From: a virus
Strand: one strand, 5' to 3'
Virus record (IMG/VR): IMGVR_UViG_3300046777_002520
Span: 64,001-128,000 of that record
Length of the DNA stretch: 64,000 nt
Shown here: piece by piece, positions 38,697-48,745 of the stretch
Position numbering within the stretch: position 1 is the stretch's first letter
How the letters are laid out: the number at the start of each line of letters is the position of its first letter
Made by a program: the position numbers and the translations under genes
The notes under the pieces: model-generated
Told to the model about the DNA's origin: nothing
The model's database searches: none
What the model saw: the letters and a program-made list of their open reading frames with translations, nothing else

Positions 38697-39986
38697 ATGT
38701 CTGTGTATGGGAACTACGACATGTGGTGGCGAGAAGACGGACGCGACGCTGACCCCAGAATAGACATCAGCTCGCAGCCACCTCATCAGGACATGAGGGC
38801 TCACAACACGTTAGACGCACGCCAAATAGAGATCGACAGAAGGCGCGAGTTGCTTACCAGAGCCTACATAGAGCTGTCCACGCCCAGACCTGGCACCAAC
38901 AGAGGTCCGTCAGCAGAACTCACGGAGGCTTACAGAGAGGCAATAGCCCAGCTGGGTCGATATGTCAGCATTGATGGGCTTACAAGGAACGAGACTGTGC
39001 AAAATCAATTTTACGCTGATAACTTTTTCGAACGTGACGGCTCGAATTTTTACTACGAGCTGGTGCTGTCAAACAGGACAATCAGCAATATACAGAAAGA
39101 TACTAACCTTACATATAATCAACTATCTTCCTATGCCAGAAGAAAGATAGAGAGAAAAATAGAAAGTCTTTATGCAGAAAACTCAGAATCAATTCTGACC
39201 AAGATCGAAGCCATGCGTCTGCTGCTCCTCATCATCGCGGACACACGCTCATTCTTTAACAGCACAGCTTATGACGAACCTCGCTATATAACTCCTAATT
39301 CCTGGATGTGCTACGTCTCGGGCCTAAGAGCACTTGCCTTCCTAGAGACTATCGCCCAGTTACTTGTAATAGCAAGAACCACCTATGCCAACGACATAGG
39401 TGTTTACCTAGATGAGGAGCTGGAGTTTTTGGCTTATGAACTAGAAGACGCCATGGAGATGGTAAAGCACAAGCTTTACCTCATGGAGGAAAACAATCTG
39501 GCCTTTAGACCCAATAGACTCGTTAACAGCAATCAGAGCGCCCCATTCCATTTCTTTGAGAGAGACACGCGACTGACGTGGATAGAGCAGAGGATAATGC
39601 CTCATCTTAACGCCAGTACGCTAAACGGAGCAAACCACTATGACACGTTCCCATCGTTTAGGACCCCAGTGACAGAGAGGGTTGAGGAGCGTGCTCCTCT
39701 TCCTGTGACGACATGGGAAGTGCTTACAGATGCTGAGAGCAGAGGAAGGGGATTGGGCTTACGGGTAAACGGTGTGACGCTTAGAGGGATTACTGGGTTT
39801 ACATTCGACTCAGAGCCAGGAGGAGTGACAAGGCTGTCTATACAAGCGCTTATCGTTCCTGGTCAAAGTACCCTTAGCTTTTCTAGCCAGTTATCTGATA
39901 CTATACAGACTACGGAGGGCAACGCTCTGCCAGTTGATACTGACAGAGTGCAGAGTGGACCTAATGAGCGGTTTATCGATCTATAA
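38697..39986 (+). CDS. Hypothetical protein with atypical AT-richer codon usage
   Basis: 429-aa ORF; no recognisable motif. Confidence 0.6.
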   Translation: MSVYGNYDMWWREDGRDADPRIDISSQPPHQDMRAHNTLDARQIEIDRRRELLTRAYIELSTPRPGTNRGPSAELTEAYREAIAQLGRYVSIDGLTRNETVQNQFYADNFFERDGSNFYYELVLSNRTISNIQKDTNLTYNQLSSYARRKIERKIESLYAENSESILTKIEAMRLLLLIIADTRSFFNSTAYDEPRYITPNSWMCYVSGLRALAFLETIAQLLVIARTTYANDIGVYLDEELEFLAYELEDAMEMVKHKLYLMEENNLAFRPNRLVNSNQSAPFHFFERDTRLTWIEQRIMPHLNASTLNGANHYDTFPSFRTPVTERVEERAPLPVTTWEVLTDAESRGRGLGLRVNGVTLRGITGFTFDSEPGGVTRLSIQALIVPGQSTLSFSSQLSDTIQTTEGNALPVDTDRVQSGPNERFIDL

Positions 39987-39998
39987 GAAAGGAAGACC

Positions 39999-40361
39999 AT
40001 GAGTCAGGACATCGTTAAGAACAATGGCTTGTTTACTTTCCGTGATCTGAAGTATTGGGCTCAGGACGGAATGGTTTACATCGTCGATGAGAGAGATGGA
40101 GAGATAAAGCACGAAGCCCCGATGACCATGAGATATAGAGCGCTGTCCTTTGCGCGTGAGGCAGATAGCATGAAGGACAGTGGTGGACATTATGCTAGTG
40201 ACCGCAAGGAATTGCTTACAGCTGCTAGGAATCTGATGCAGGTTGTGCAGACCGCTGAGATGCAGGGCTGCCCCATGGACCCGCGAGTTCTGCAGCAGCA
40301 GGTGGAAGAAAGAAAGAGGGTTTACGTTTCTCTGTCAGGGTTGAACATACCCACGAGGTAA
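39999..40361 (+). CDS. Hypothetical protein
   Basis: AAAGGA RBS; 120 aa. Confidence 0.7.
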   Translation: MSQDIVKNNGLFTFRDLKYWAQDGMVYIVDERDGEIKHEAPMTMRYRALSFAREADSMKDSGGHYASDRKELLTAARNLMQVVQTAEMQGCPMDPRVLQQQVEERKRVYVSLSGLNIPTR

Positions 40362-40363
40362 TC

Positions 40364-40876
40364 ATGGATAAGCTCACAGCATTCAAGGTGGCGTTCCTCA
40401 GCCGATGTGCTGAAGAGGGTCTGGACATCGACCAGATTCACCAGCGTGTCAAGGAAGCCGTGGCCAGGGCCGAGAAGACTCTGGAGAAGAAAGCCATCAT
40501 CGGTCCCGTGCTGAGCGGTATCGGCTTCGGCACAGGCTTCGCCAATCCCGACATCATCGGCAAGACGCTGGGTGGTATCGCTGGTGGAATCACTGGCTTT
40601 GTCAACAGTCCCAAGAACGACATCAAGACCGACCTGCTCAGCGCAGGCACAGGAGCCACTTTCGGCTACAACGCCAAGAAGATCGCTCCGCTGCTGCTGG
40701 GGGGTGGCGCTCTGCTGGCTGGCGGCGGTCTGGCTGCTGGCAAGCTGCTGGCCGAATCAACGGATGATCCCATGGCCGCTGACGAGGTCAAGCAGCAGGA
40801 ACTGATCAACGAGTACAAGCGTTTGACTGACAAGGCCAAGAGGCAGGCTAGATTCCGTCAACTGAAAGGGATGTAA
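40364..40876 (+). CDS. Putative virion/membrane protein with glycine zippers
   Basis: Helical leader ending EKKA, then GIGFGTG, GGIAGG and LLLGGGALLAGGGLAAG. Confidence 0.7.
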   Translation: MDKLTAFKVAFLSRCAEEGLDIDQIHQRVKEAVARAEKTLEKKAIIGPVLSGIGFGTGFANPDIIGKTLGGIAGGITGFVNSPKNDIKTDLLSAGTGATFGYNAKKIAPLLLGGGALLAGGGLAAGKLLAESTDDPMAADEVKQQELINEYKRLTDKAKRQARFRQLKGM

Positions 40877-41217
40877 TGAATATCCTGAACCACTTCGGGG
40901 TAGGGGCCAAGTATCGGCAGGAATCAGGGACGACAATGCACGGCTTCCCTATCCATGGGAAGATCGCGCCAAATCTCACTCAGGAAGAGTACGAGAACCT
41001 GCCACTTGGCCTCAACGTTCAAGTGCGTGTGTTTGATCTGTCTAAGGCTGAAGACCTTCGCGAATATGCTACTGTTCGAGATCAGATAGCTAATCGCAAA
41101 TGTGTACAGTTAGATAGAACCAAACTTGTATCTGAAGATGGACGCAACATTCATATTCATTTAGAATGGGCAGATGTAGAGGGCTACGTGCCCAAGAGTA
41201 TGCAACGGAGAATGTGA
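40876..41217 (+). CDS. Hypothetical protein
   Basis: TAATG overlap; 113 aa. Confidence 0.65.
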   Translation: MNILNHFGVGAKYRQESGTTMHGFPIHGKIAPNLTQEEYENLPLGLNVQVRVFDLSKAEDLREYATVRDQIANRKCVQLDRTKLVSEDGRNIHIHLEWADVEGYVPKSMQRRM

Positions 41218-41220
41218 CAC

Positions 41221-42075
41221 ATGAACGAAGCTCAAAGTAATGCACTCAAGTATACTCTGACTGCTGGGCTGCTGAGCGCTTTGGGCGGTGGCGGTCTGGC
41301 CTATCTGGCCAACAAGGTCCAGAAGACAGACCCCGAGACTCTGGAAGACCTCAACACCACTTCTCCTGATCTTGTCGAGATTCCCTATCCGATAGTTAAA
41401 AAGAAAAAGCCCCAAGGGGCTCTGCCAGCCCCCAAGCTCGCCTCGCTCAAGGGCTTTCTGGGCGGTGAGAACGCCGAGTCGTGGCATGAGGTGCCCTGGG
41501 CTCCTGTCGCCTTGGTTGGTGGCACGGCCCTGGGTGGTCTGGGCGCTTACAAGCTTATCGACAACATGATGAAGAAGAAGCGCAAGGAAGGCATGAAGGA
41601 CCAGCTCGCTGCTGCCGAAGAAGAGTACAAGAAAACTCTGCTCAACAGCTACGACCCCAGCCGACTGAAGCTGATCAAGTCCTCCAAAGCCCAGGAGATC
41701 AACGAGGGGCTGGAGAAGCTAGCTTCCCTGCTGAAGATCAGCGAGGAGGAGAACCTGGCTGACAAACTGGTCGCAGGCAAGGCTCCTCCCCCGTCAGCTG
41801 CCGAGAAGGCTTACGCTGCTGGCAGCTCGGCTGCTAAGACGCTGGGCCACAACCTAGGCGTTCCCGACACGAAAAACATGCCAAGCTGGACAGGCATTCC
41901 TGTTGGCTTGGCTGCGCTGGCTGGCGTCACCATTCCCCTCGCCTCAGGCTACGCGGCTTACAAGTACTTCAAGAAGCGCAACAAGTCCAACCTGGTGAAC
42001 GAAGCCGCCAAGGCCCGTGCCCTGGAGCGACTGGGTGAGAATGTGCCAGCGCCTTACGCTGCCATCGAGGACTAA
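41221..42075 (+). CDS. Putative membrane-associated virion protein
   Basis: Three Gly/Ala-rich hydrophobic segments, each followed by basic residues; KLAS twice. Confidence 0.7.
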   Translation: MNEAQSNALKYTLTAGLLSALGGGGLAYLANKVQKTDPETLEDLNTTSPDLVEIPYPIVKKKKPQGALPAPKLASLKGFLGGENAESWHEVPWAPVALVGGTALGGLGAYKLIDNMMKKKRKEGMKDQLAAAEEEYKKTLLNSYDPSRLKLIKSSKAQEINEGLEKLASLLKISEEENLADKLVAGKAPPPSAAEKAYAAGSSAAKTLGHNLGVPDTKNMPSWTGIPVGLAALAGVTIPLASGYAAYKYFKKRNKSNLVNEAAKARALERLGENVPAPYAAIED

Positions 42076-42090
42076 GATCGGGGTTTAGCG

Positions 42091-45000
42091 ATGCCCTCCG
42101 TACTAGACAACGACCTTCCCGAGCAGCCGATCCTCCCGTCAGGACCGGCTGCAACGCCATTGGTACCACCTCCAGCAGGTGTGATGGCTCCTGTGCTGCC
42201 CAAGCCCCAGCCAGAGCCCATGCGCGGCTTTGCCGACATCGACAAGACGCGTCAGGCGATCTATGACGGTGTGCTGGAAGCTGCCAGAGGACTGCCTGAG
42301 TTCTCCAACAACAAGTACAAGCTGCGGCTCGCTGACGTCAACTATGTGGACAGCGACAAGCCCACCATCGCTGAGCGCAAGAAGGCCATTCTGCGCTCGG
42401 AGACATTGGACAGACGACTGCAGGGCACCTGGCAGCTGACCGACCACGAGGGCAACCTGGTCGATGAGCGCAAGGTAACGATGGCGCGCATTCCCAAGCT
42501 GACCAACGGCGGCACGTTTGTGCTGAACGGCGTCGAGTACACGCTCGCCAACCAGGCCCGTCTGCGCCCAGGTGTCTTCACGCGCCAGAAGCAGAACGGC
42601 GAGATCGAGAGCCATGTCAACGTGATGCCTGGCAGAGGCGTCTCCCACCGCTACACGCTGGACCCAGAGAAGGGCACCTTCAAGCTGACCCTTGGTCAAG
42701 CTAACCTGCCCCTCTTTCCTATCCTCAAGGCGCTTGGAGCCACAGACTCCCAGATTCGCGGCGTCTGGGGCAACGAGCTGTACGAGCAGAACGCCAAGCA
42801 GAATGACCCTCAGGCCGTGGACAAGCTGGCCCAGAGGCTGCTGAAGAAGTCCGACATGACGCTGGAGTCTGAAGGCAGGCTCAACAGGCTTCGGGAAGTC
42901 TTCAACAAGATGGAGCTGGACGACACCGTCACGTCCAGAACATTGGGTAAGCCCTATAAGAATCTCTCCGTGGACGCGATTCTCGACTCCACGCGCAAGA
43001 TTCTGGCCGTGCAGCGCAGGGAAGCCGAAGCCGACGACCGTGACGCCATGGCGTATCAGATGGTGTACGGCCCTGAGGACTTCTTCGCTGAGAAGATGCG
43101 CTCAGCCTACAAGGTGATGAATCCGCTGCTGTGGAAGTCCACCTTTAAGAACAACCTCAGCCCTCTTGCCTCCAACTTTCTGGGCAAGCACCTGAACTCG
43201 GCCATTCTGAACTCAGGTTTGGGCCAGCCCTCTGAGGAAGTGAACAACGCTGAGATTCTTGGCCAGCTGACACGCATGAGCCGACTGGGTGAAGGTGGCA
43301 TTCCCTCGCTGGACGCTGTGCCAGACGAGGCTCGCTCCGTGCAGCCGTCCCACTTCGGCTACGTGGACCCGCTGCTGACACCAGAGTCCCTGAAGGTGGG
43401 TGTGGACAGCCGTTTAGCGATGGCGAGCCAGAAGGGCAAGGACGGCAAGATCTACACGAAGTTTCTTAACGTTAAGACTGGAGAGCCTGAGTGGCGCACG
43501 CCTCAGGACGTGGCCGACTCGGTCATCGCGTTTCCCAAGGAGATGGACAATCCCAACGCCAAGACCGTAGCCGCCCTGGTGTCGGGCAAGATCAAGTATG
43601 TGCCCAGGGAGTCCGTGGAGCTGACGCTGCCCCACATGGAGGACTCGTTCAATCCTCTGGTCAACATGATTCCGCTGAAGTCCACCATCAAGGGCCAGCG
43701 CGTGATGATGGGCGCGAGAATGCTGACGCAGGCTCTGCCCCTCAGGGACGCTGAGGCTCCTCTGGTGCAGTCAGGAGTTCCAGGCGACGCGGACGAGTCG
43801 TTTGAGGAGCGCTACGGCAAGTACATGGGCGCGATTCGCTCCGATGTGGAAGGACAGGTCGTCAAGGTGACAGCTGACGAGATTCACGTCAAAGGCCCAG
43901 ACGGCAGAATCCAGACGCACGAGCTGCACAACAACCTGCCCTACAACCGCAAGACCTACCTGCACAACAGCCCCGTGGTGAAGGTGGGCGACATGGTCGG
44001 CAAGGACAGCCTGCTCGCCAAGTCCAACTTCACCAACGACAAGGGGGCTACGGCGCTGGGCCTGAACCTGCGCACGGCCTATATCCCCTACAAGGGCTAC
44101 AACTTTGAAGACGCCACGGTCATCTCCGAGTCAGCAGCCAAGAGGCTGTCCTCGGAGCATATGTACCAGCATGACGTGGAGTTTGACGACAAGACGAAGG
44201 TGAACAAGAAGCACTTCATCTCCATGTATCCGTCCACGTTTGACAGGCAGACGCTGGACAACATCGACGATGATGGCGTCATCAAGCCTGGCACGGTGGT
44301 GAACTCTGGCACTCCGCTCATTCTGCAGGTGCAGGAGAAGGAGCGCGCCCACAACCAGATCACGCGTGGCAGGTCGCCCCTGCACTCGGACTCCTCGGTC
44401 CTCTGGGAGCACCATGACCCAGGCGTCGTCACGGACGTCGAGAAGACCAAGAAGGGCGTCGTGGTGACGGTTAAGAGCTACGCCCAGATGCAGGTGGGTG
44501 ACAAGCTGTCAGGCCGCTACGGCGACAAGGGCGTCATCGCTGACATCGTGCCAGACGACAAGATGCCCAAGGACAGCGAGGGCAGGCCCTTTGAGGTCCT
44601 GGTGAACCCTCTGGGCATCATCACCAGAACCAACCCTGGCCAGATGGTCGAGGCCGTGCTGGGCAAAATTGCCGAGAAGACTGGCAAGCGCTACGCCGTC
44701 AAGGACTTCGACAAGATTCAGGACATGACCGAGTTCGCCAAGGAGGAGCTGCGCAAGCACGGCCTCAGCGACACCGAGGACATCGAGGACCCTGAGATCA
44801 ACCAGAAGATCAAGGGCGTCTTCACGGGCAACCGCTTCTTCATGAAGCTGCACCACATGGCCGAGAGCAAGGGCTCTGGCCGTGGTCTGGGTTCCTACAC
44901 GGCAGAGGAGTCTCCTGCCCGTGGTGGTCCGATGGGCAGCAAGAGAGTCTCGCTGGCTGACAACAACGCGCTGCTGTCCCACGGTGCACTGGAGGTGCTG

Positions 45001-46551
45001 ACGGACGCTGGAGCCATTCGTGGCCAGAAGAACCAGGACTACTGGGCAGCGTTCATGTCGGGCAGAACGCCTCCGCAGCCCCGTGTTCCCCTCGTCTACA
45101 ACAAGTTCTTCGAGCAGCTGCGCTCCGCTGGCATCAATCCCGTGCGCAACGGGCCGCGTGTGCAGATCATGGCGCTGACTGGCAAGGACATCGACAACCT
45201 GGCCGAGGGCAGGGAGATTCAGTCGGCCGAGACGGTGGACTGGAAGGAAGGCCTCAAGCCCATCAAGGGCGGTCTCTTTGACGAGACTCTCACAGGGGGA
45301 CACAACGGCAATCGCTGGAGCTACATCAAGCTGCACGAGCCGATGCCCAGCCCCATCATGGAAGAGCCGATTCGCAGAGTGCTCGGCCTGACGCAGCAGA
45401 AGTTCATGGACGTGCTGGGAGGCAAGGAGAAGCTGGGCGAGGAGACAGGCCCAGAGGCCATCGGCAACGCCCTGAAGCGCATCAACCTGCCAGAGGCCGT
45501 CAAGAGAGCCGAAACCGAGTGGCGCAACAGCAAGCGCTCCACCAAGGACGCGGCCCTGAAGCGCTGGGCGCTGCTGAAGCACACCGAGAAGCTCGGCCTG
45601 CATCCCAGCGAATGGATGCTGGACAAGATTCCCGTGCTGCCTCCAGCGTTTCGTCCCGTCTCCGTCATGGGGGCGAGCGGTAAGCCGTTGGTGTCAGATC
45701 CCAACTATCTCTACAAGGAAGCCTTTGACGCCAACCAGGCGCTGAAGGAGACCGCCAGCTTCTCGAAGGAGCTGGCCGACGAGCGCACAGCCCTCTACAA
45801 GGCGTTCAAGGGCGTCACAGGGCTGGGTGATCCCGTCACGCCCAAGAACCAGGAGAGCAACGTCAAGGGTGTGCTGAAGTACATCTTTGGCGACAATCCC
45901 AAGTTCTCCGTCATGCAGCGCAAGCTGCTTTCCACCACGGTGGACGTGGTCGGCAGAGGCGTCATCTCGCCCAATCCTAATCTCGACATGGACCAGGTCG
46001 GACTGCCTGAGACCAAGGCCTGGGAGATCTACAGGCCGTTCGTCATTCGCAGGCTGGCTCGCAGGGGCATACCAGCCCTAAGAGCTGCCGAGATGGTCGA
46101 GAAGAAGGAGAAGATCGCCAAGGACGCGCTGCAGCAGGAGCTGGACGAGCGTCCTGTCATCATCACGCGCGCTCCCGTGCTGCATCGCTACGGTGTCATG
46201 GCGTTCAAGCCGCAGCTGGTCAAGGCTGAGACGCTGCAGATTCCTCCAGCCATCGTCAAGGGCTTCGGCGCAGACTTCGACGGCGACACGATGAACTACC
46301 ACGTGCCTGTCTCCGAAGGGGCCGTCAAGGACGCTCTGGAGAAGATGCTGCCCAGCAAGAACCTGCTCAGCACCAAGACCTTTCGAGCGCATCAGCTGCC
46401 CCAGAACGAATACCAAGGCGGTCTATACCACGCTACAGCGTTCGTGTCTAATAAACCTGAAAGGTATTTCGCTACAAAAGCTGATGCCATAAAGGCTTAC
46501 AGAAGTGGTGAGATAGGCCCAGACCAGAAGGTGGTCATACTGAACCAGTAA
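42091..46551 (+). CDS. Multisubunit DNA-directed RNA polymerase: beta subunit fused to the N-terminal half of beta'
   Basis: Beta motifs GDKLSGRYGDKGVI, VLVNPLG..R.NPGQ, FMKLHH. Beta' motifs PVLPPAFRP, VDVVGRGVISP, RAPVLHR and catalytic ADFDGDTM. Confidence 0.93.
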   Translation: MPSVLDNDLPEQPILPSGPAATPLVPPPAGVMAPVLPKPQPEPMRGFADIDKTRQAIYDGVLEAARGLPEFSNNKYKLRLADVNYVDSDKPTIAERKKAILRSETLDRRLQGTWQLTDHEGNLVDERKVTMARIPKLTNGGTFVLNGVEYTLANQARLRPGVFTRQKQNGEIESHVNVMPGRGVSHRYTLDPEKGTFKLTLGQANLPLFPILKALGATDSQIRGVWGNELYEQNAKQNDPQAVDKLAQRLLKKSDMTLESEGRLNRLREVFNKMELDDTVTSRTLGKPYKNLSVDAILDSTRKILAVQRREAEADDRDAMAYQMVYGPEDFFAEKMRSAYKVMNPLLWKSTFKNNLSPLASNFLGKHLNSAILNSGLGQPSEEVNNAEILGQLTRMSRLGEGGIPSLDAVPDEARSVQPSHFGYVDPLLTPESLKVGVDSRLAMASQKGKDGKIYTKFLNVKTGEPEWRTPQDVADSVIAFPKEMDNPNAKTVAALVSGKIKYVPRESVELTLPHMEDSFNPLVNMIPLKSTIKGQRVMMGARMLTQALPLRDAEAPLVQSGVPGDADESFEERYGKYMGAIRSDVEGQVVKVTADEIHVKGPDGRIQTHELHNNLPYNRKTYLHNSPVVKVGDMVGKDSLLAKSNFTNDKGATALGLNLRTAYIPYKGYNFEDATVISESAAKRLSSEHMYQHDVEFDDKTKVNKKHFISMYPSTFDRQTLDNIDDDGVIKPGTVVNSGTPLILQVQEKERAHNQITRGRSPLHSDSSVLWEHHDPGVVTDVEKTKKGVVVTVKSYAQMQVGDKLSGRYGDKGVIADIVPDDKMPKDSEGRPFEVLVNPLGIITRTNPGQMVEAVLGKIAEKTGKRYAVKDFDKIQDMTEFAKEELRKHGLSDTEDIEDPEINQKIKGVFTGNRFFMKLHHMAESKGSGRGLGSYTAEESPARGGPMGSKRVSLADNNALLSHGALEVLTDAGAIRGQKNQDYWAAFMSGRTPPQPRVPLVYNKFFEQLRSAGINPVRNGPRVQIMALTGKDIDNLAEGREIQSAETVDWKEGLKPIKGGLFDETLTGGHNGNRWSYIKLHEPMPSPIMEEPIRRVLGLTQQKFMDVLGGKEKLGEETGPEAIGNALKRINLPEAVKRAETEWRNSKRSTKDAALKRWALLKHTEKLGLHPSEWMLDKIPVLPPAFRPVSVMGASGKPLVSDPNYLYKEAFDANQALKETASFSKELADERTALYKAFKGVTGLGDPVTPKNQESNVKGVLKYIFGDNPKFSVMQRKLLSTTVDVVGRGVISPNPNLDMDQVGLPETKAWEIYRPFVIRRLARRGIPALRAAEMVEKKEKIAKDALQQELDERPVIITRAPVLHRYGVMAFKPQLVKAETLQIPPAIVKGFGADFDGDTMNYHVPVSEGAVKDALEKMLPSKNLLSTKTFRAHQLPQNEYQGGLYHATAFVSNKPERYFATKADAIKAYRSGEIGPDQKVVILNQ

Positions 46552-46611
46552 AAATGCTGAACAAGCGTAGGTTATGCGGACTTCGCATAAATACTGTGAG
46601 GTTTACCTGCT

Positions 46612-47706
46612 ATGTCCGATGAAGCTATCAAGCAGGCGAATAGAATGGCGCTGCTCAACGCCCTGCGTGGTGGGGCTACGGCTGCAGCCAGCAACGCTGC
46701 CAAAGCCTCGGTTCGTCCCCAGGTCACCTCAGCGCTGACTCAGGCGATGGCCAACACGGGCAAGTCGCTGTCCGAGCGCTCTGGTCTGTCCCAGTTTGCC
46801 CGTAATGAGGTTGTGCGTCCGTTCAGGCTGGGCGCAGGTCAGGCTGCTGCAGGAGACCGCTATCTGCAGGGTCTGGGCACAGCCACGCCAGCCCTCAGGC
46901 AGCAGGCAGCAGCCAAACTGCTCAATCTCACCGACAGGTCGGCGCGACTGGGTGGGGACACGCTGGCCACGGCTGGCAACTTCCTGGGCAAGAGCCTGCC
47001 CGAGGTCAACAAGGGTGTCGGCCAGTTTGTCCGCACGCTGCCCAACCTGCTGAATAACCCCATAAACCGCCTGCCTGGCTTCAACAAGCTGACCGATCTG
47101 CTGCAGTCCCTCAAGGGCAGACTGCCCAAGGCCATACGCTGGGCGCTGCCTGGCACTACGACTGGAGCGCTGTCAGCAGGCGTGCTGGGTCATTCGCTGG
47201 CCAGCACAGGCAAGCAGGTCGGTGAGATCTACAACGATTCAGTGCAGCCCATGATCGACAAGGCCAAGCTGCTCACCGAGGCTCCAGACGCCAGCAGCAA
47301 GATGCAGCAGGTCTATGACGCCTCAGGCAGGGCGCTCAAAGGCGTCACCACGGCCCTGACAGGCCCTGCTGTCACCAACTTCGTGGAAGGCGTGGCCAAT
47401 CTGCCTGCTGTCAACGCAGCCAAGCAGAAAGCCACCAGAGTGGCTGGCAACATTGGCACCAATGCTCTGACAGGACTGGCCAACGACTTGTCCTACAACG
47501 TTGGCACAGGCCTGTTCAGAAACACGCCCATCAAACTGATGGCCAACGCCTCTCCAGCCATGGCTGCTGCCCACAGCGCGTTCAACTACTTCAATCCTGG
47601 CGCTCAGAGACTCAGCACCGAAGAGCTGAAGAAGCGCTTAGCCTCCAGAACACTCGGTTCGATCAAAGATGAGTTTACTGGTATGCTACCGTGGTCGAGT
47701 AGGTGA
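46612..47706 (+). CDS. Ala/Leu-rich amphipathic hypothetical protein
   Basis: 364 aa; N-terminal IKQA. Confidence 0.65.
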   Translation: MSDEAIKQANRMALLNALRGGATAAASNAAKASVRPQVTSALTQAMANTGKSLSERSGLSQFARNEVVRPFRLGAGQAAAGDRYLQGLGTATPALRQQAAAKLLNLTDRSARLGGDTLATAGNFLGKSLPEVNKGVGQFVRTLPNLLNNPINRLPGFNKLTDLLQSLKGRLPKAIRWALPGTTTGALSAGVLGHSLASTGKQVGEIYNDSVQPMIDKAKLLTEAPDASSKMQQVYDASGRALKGVTTALTGPAVTNFVEGVANLPAVNAAKQKATRVAGNIGTNALTGLANDLSYNVGTGLFRNTPIKLMANASPAMAAAHSAFNYFNPGAQRLSTEELKKRLASRTLGSIKDEFTGMLPWSSR

Positions 47707-47738
47707 TAAACTGATAGTTACCCACAAGGAGTACTGAT

Positions 47739-48518
47739 ATGCCTCTGAATCCCATTCTCATTCAGCAAGTCAAGCAAGCGATGGCGGCTAAGCGCGCCTT
47801 TGTGCCTCCTGGTGGTGGCGCTCCTCCTGGGGGCGACCCTGCGGCGATGGGTGCGGCTGGAGGCGCTCCCCCCATGGACCCTTCGATGATGGGTGCAGCA
47901 GGTGGGGCACCTCCTATGGACCCAGCCATGATGGCTGCAATGGGCGGTGGCGGTGCTCCTCCTATGGACCCGAGCATGATGGGCGGTGCGCCTCCCATGG
48001 ACCCTGCGATGATGGGTGGGGCACCTCCTATGGACCCAGCCATGATGGGCGGCGCTCCTCCGATGGACCCAGCAGCCATGGGTGCAGCCCCTCCTGCGCC
48101 TCCTGCTCCTAGCGCGGCTCCCTCCGAGGAGATCAAGGCGCTGATTCAGGCCGAGATTCAGAAGGCCATGTCGGGTGGCGGCAGCTCAGGTGGCGAGGCC
48201 AAGCCCAAGAGCAAGGGCGCTGGCAAGGTCGATCCCAGCCAGATGATCGAGTACATGGAGCGCCAGCAGAAGCTGCTGATCAACCTGTACGAGAGCCTGG
48301 GTCTCAACCTGCCCTACGACATTCTCGACAAGCCCAAGCCCGAAGGTGGCGATGAGGCCAAGCAGGAGGAAGCTCCCAAGGAGCAGCAGAGCGACACCAA
48401 CGTCTCTGGCATTCCTCCCATCAAGCCGATTGACCCCATTGGTGGCAAGCAGGCCAGCATTCGAGAGAAGGCCGCAGCAGCCCGTTACCTGCTGGCTGCG
48501 CTGAACAAGAAAGGCTGA
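47739..48518 (+). CDS. Low-complexity Pro/Gly/Met-repeat protein
   Basis: AAGGAG RBS; leader ending AKRA, then tandem GGAPPMDP(A/S)MM repeats. Confidence 0.75.
   Translation: MPLNPILIQQVKQAMAAKRAFVPPGGGAPPGGDPAAMGAAGGAPPMDPSMMGAAGGAPPMDPAMMAAMGGGGAPPMDPSMMGGAPPMDPAMMGGAPPMDPAMMGGAPPMDPAAMGAAPPAPPAPSAAPSEEIKALIQAEIQKAMSGGGSSGGEAKPKSKGAGKVDPSQMIEYMERQQKLLINLYESLGLNLPYDILDKPKPEGGDEAKQEEAPKEQQSDTNVSGIPPIKPIDPIGGKQASIREKAAAARYLLAALNKKG
47814..48080 (+). repeat. Seven GGAPP(M/GG)DP(A/S)(M/A)M peptide repeats
   Basis: Read from the translation; DNA copies differ at synonymous positions. Confidence 0.9.
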
Positions 48519-48521
48519 TCC

Positions 48522-48743
48522 GTGAAACTGGAGTTCGGTCAGGGCGTTCACGGCAACATGTCCGTGAGCGCCACACGCCTTGTCGTCAGGGACAACTTCA
48601 ACCAGCCGATCATGCTGGTTGTCGAGCATGACCCCCAGACGATCATGGTTTACAAGGCCAAGCCTGGAGACGACTCCCTCAAGGAGATGCTCAGCAGGAT
48701 TGGCGTAGAGCACAACCATGAGGTTCGAGAGATTCGAATATAG
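48522..48743 (+). CDS. Small hypothetical protein
   Basis: GTG start with AAAGG upstream; fills the gap before the beta' C-half gene. Confidence 0.65.
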   Translation: MKLEFGQGVHGNMSVSATRLVVRDNFNQPIMLVVEHDPQTIMVYKAKPGDDSLKEMLSRIGVEHNHEVREIRI

Positions 48744-48745
48744 CC

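Noticed and set aside
46572-46590. Hairpin TTATGCG-gactt-CGCATAA after the RNAP gene as a terminator
   Set aside because: Weak AT-rich 7-bp stem without a U-tract; function unsupported.
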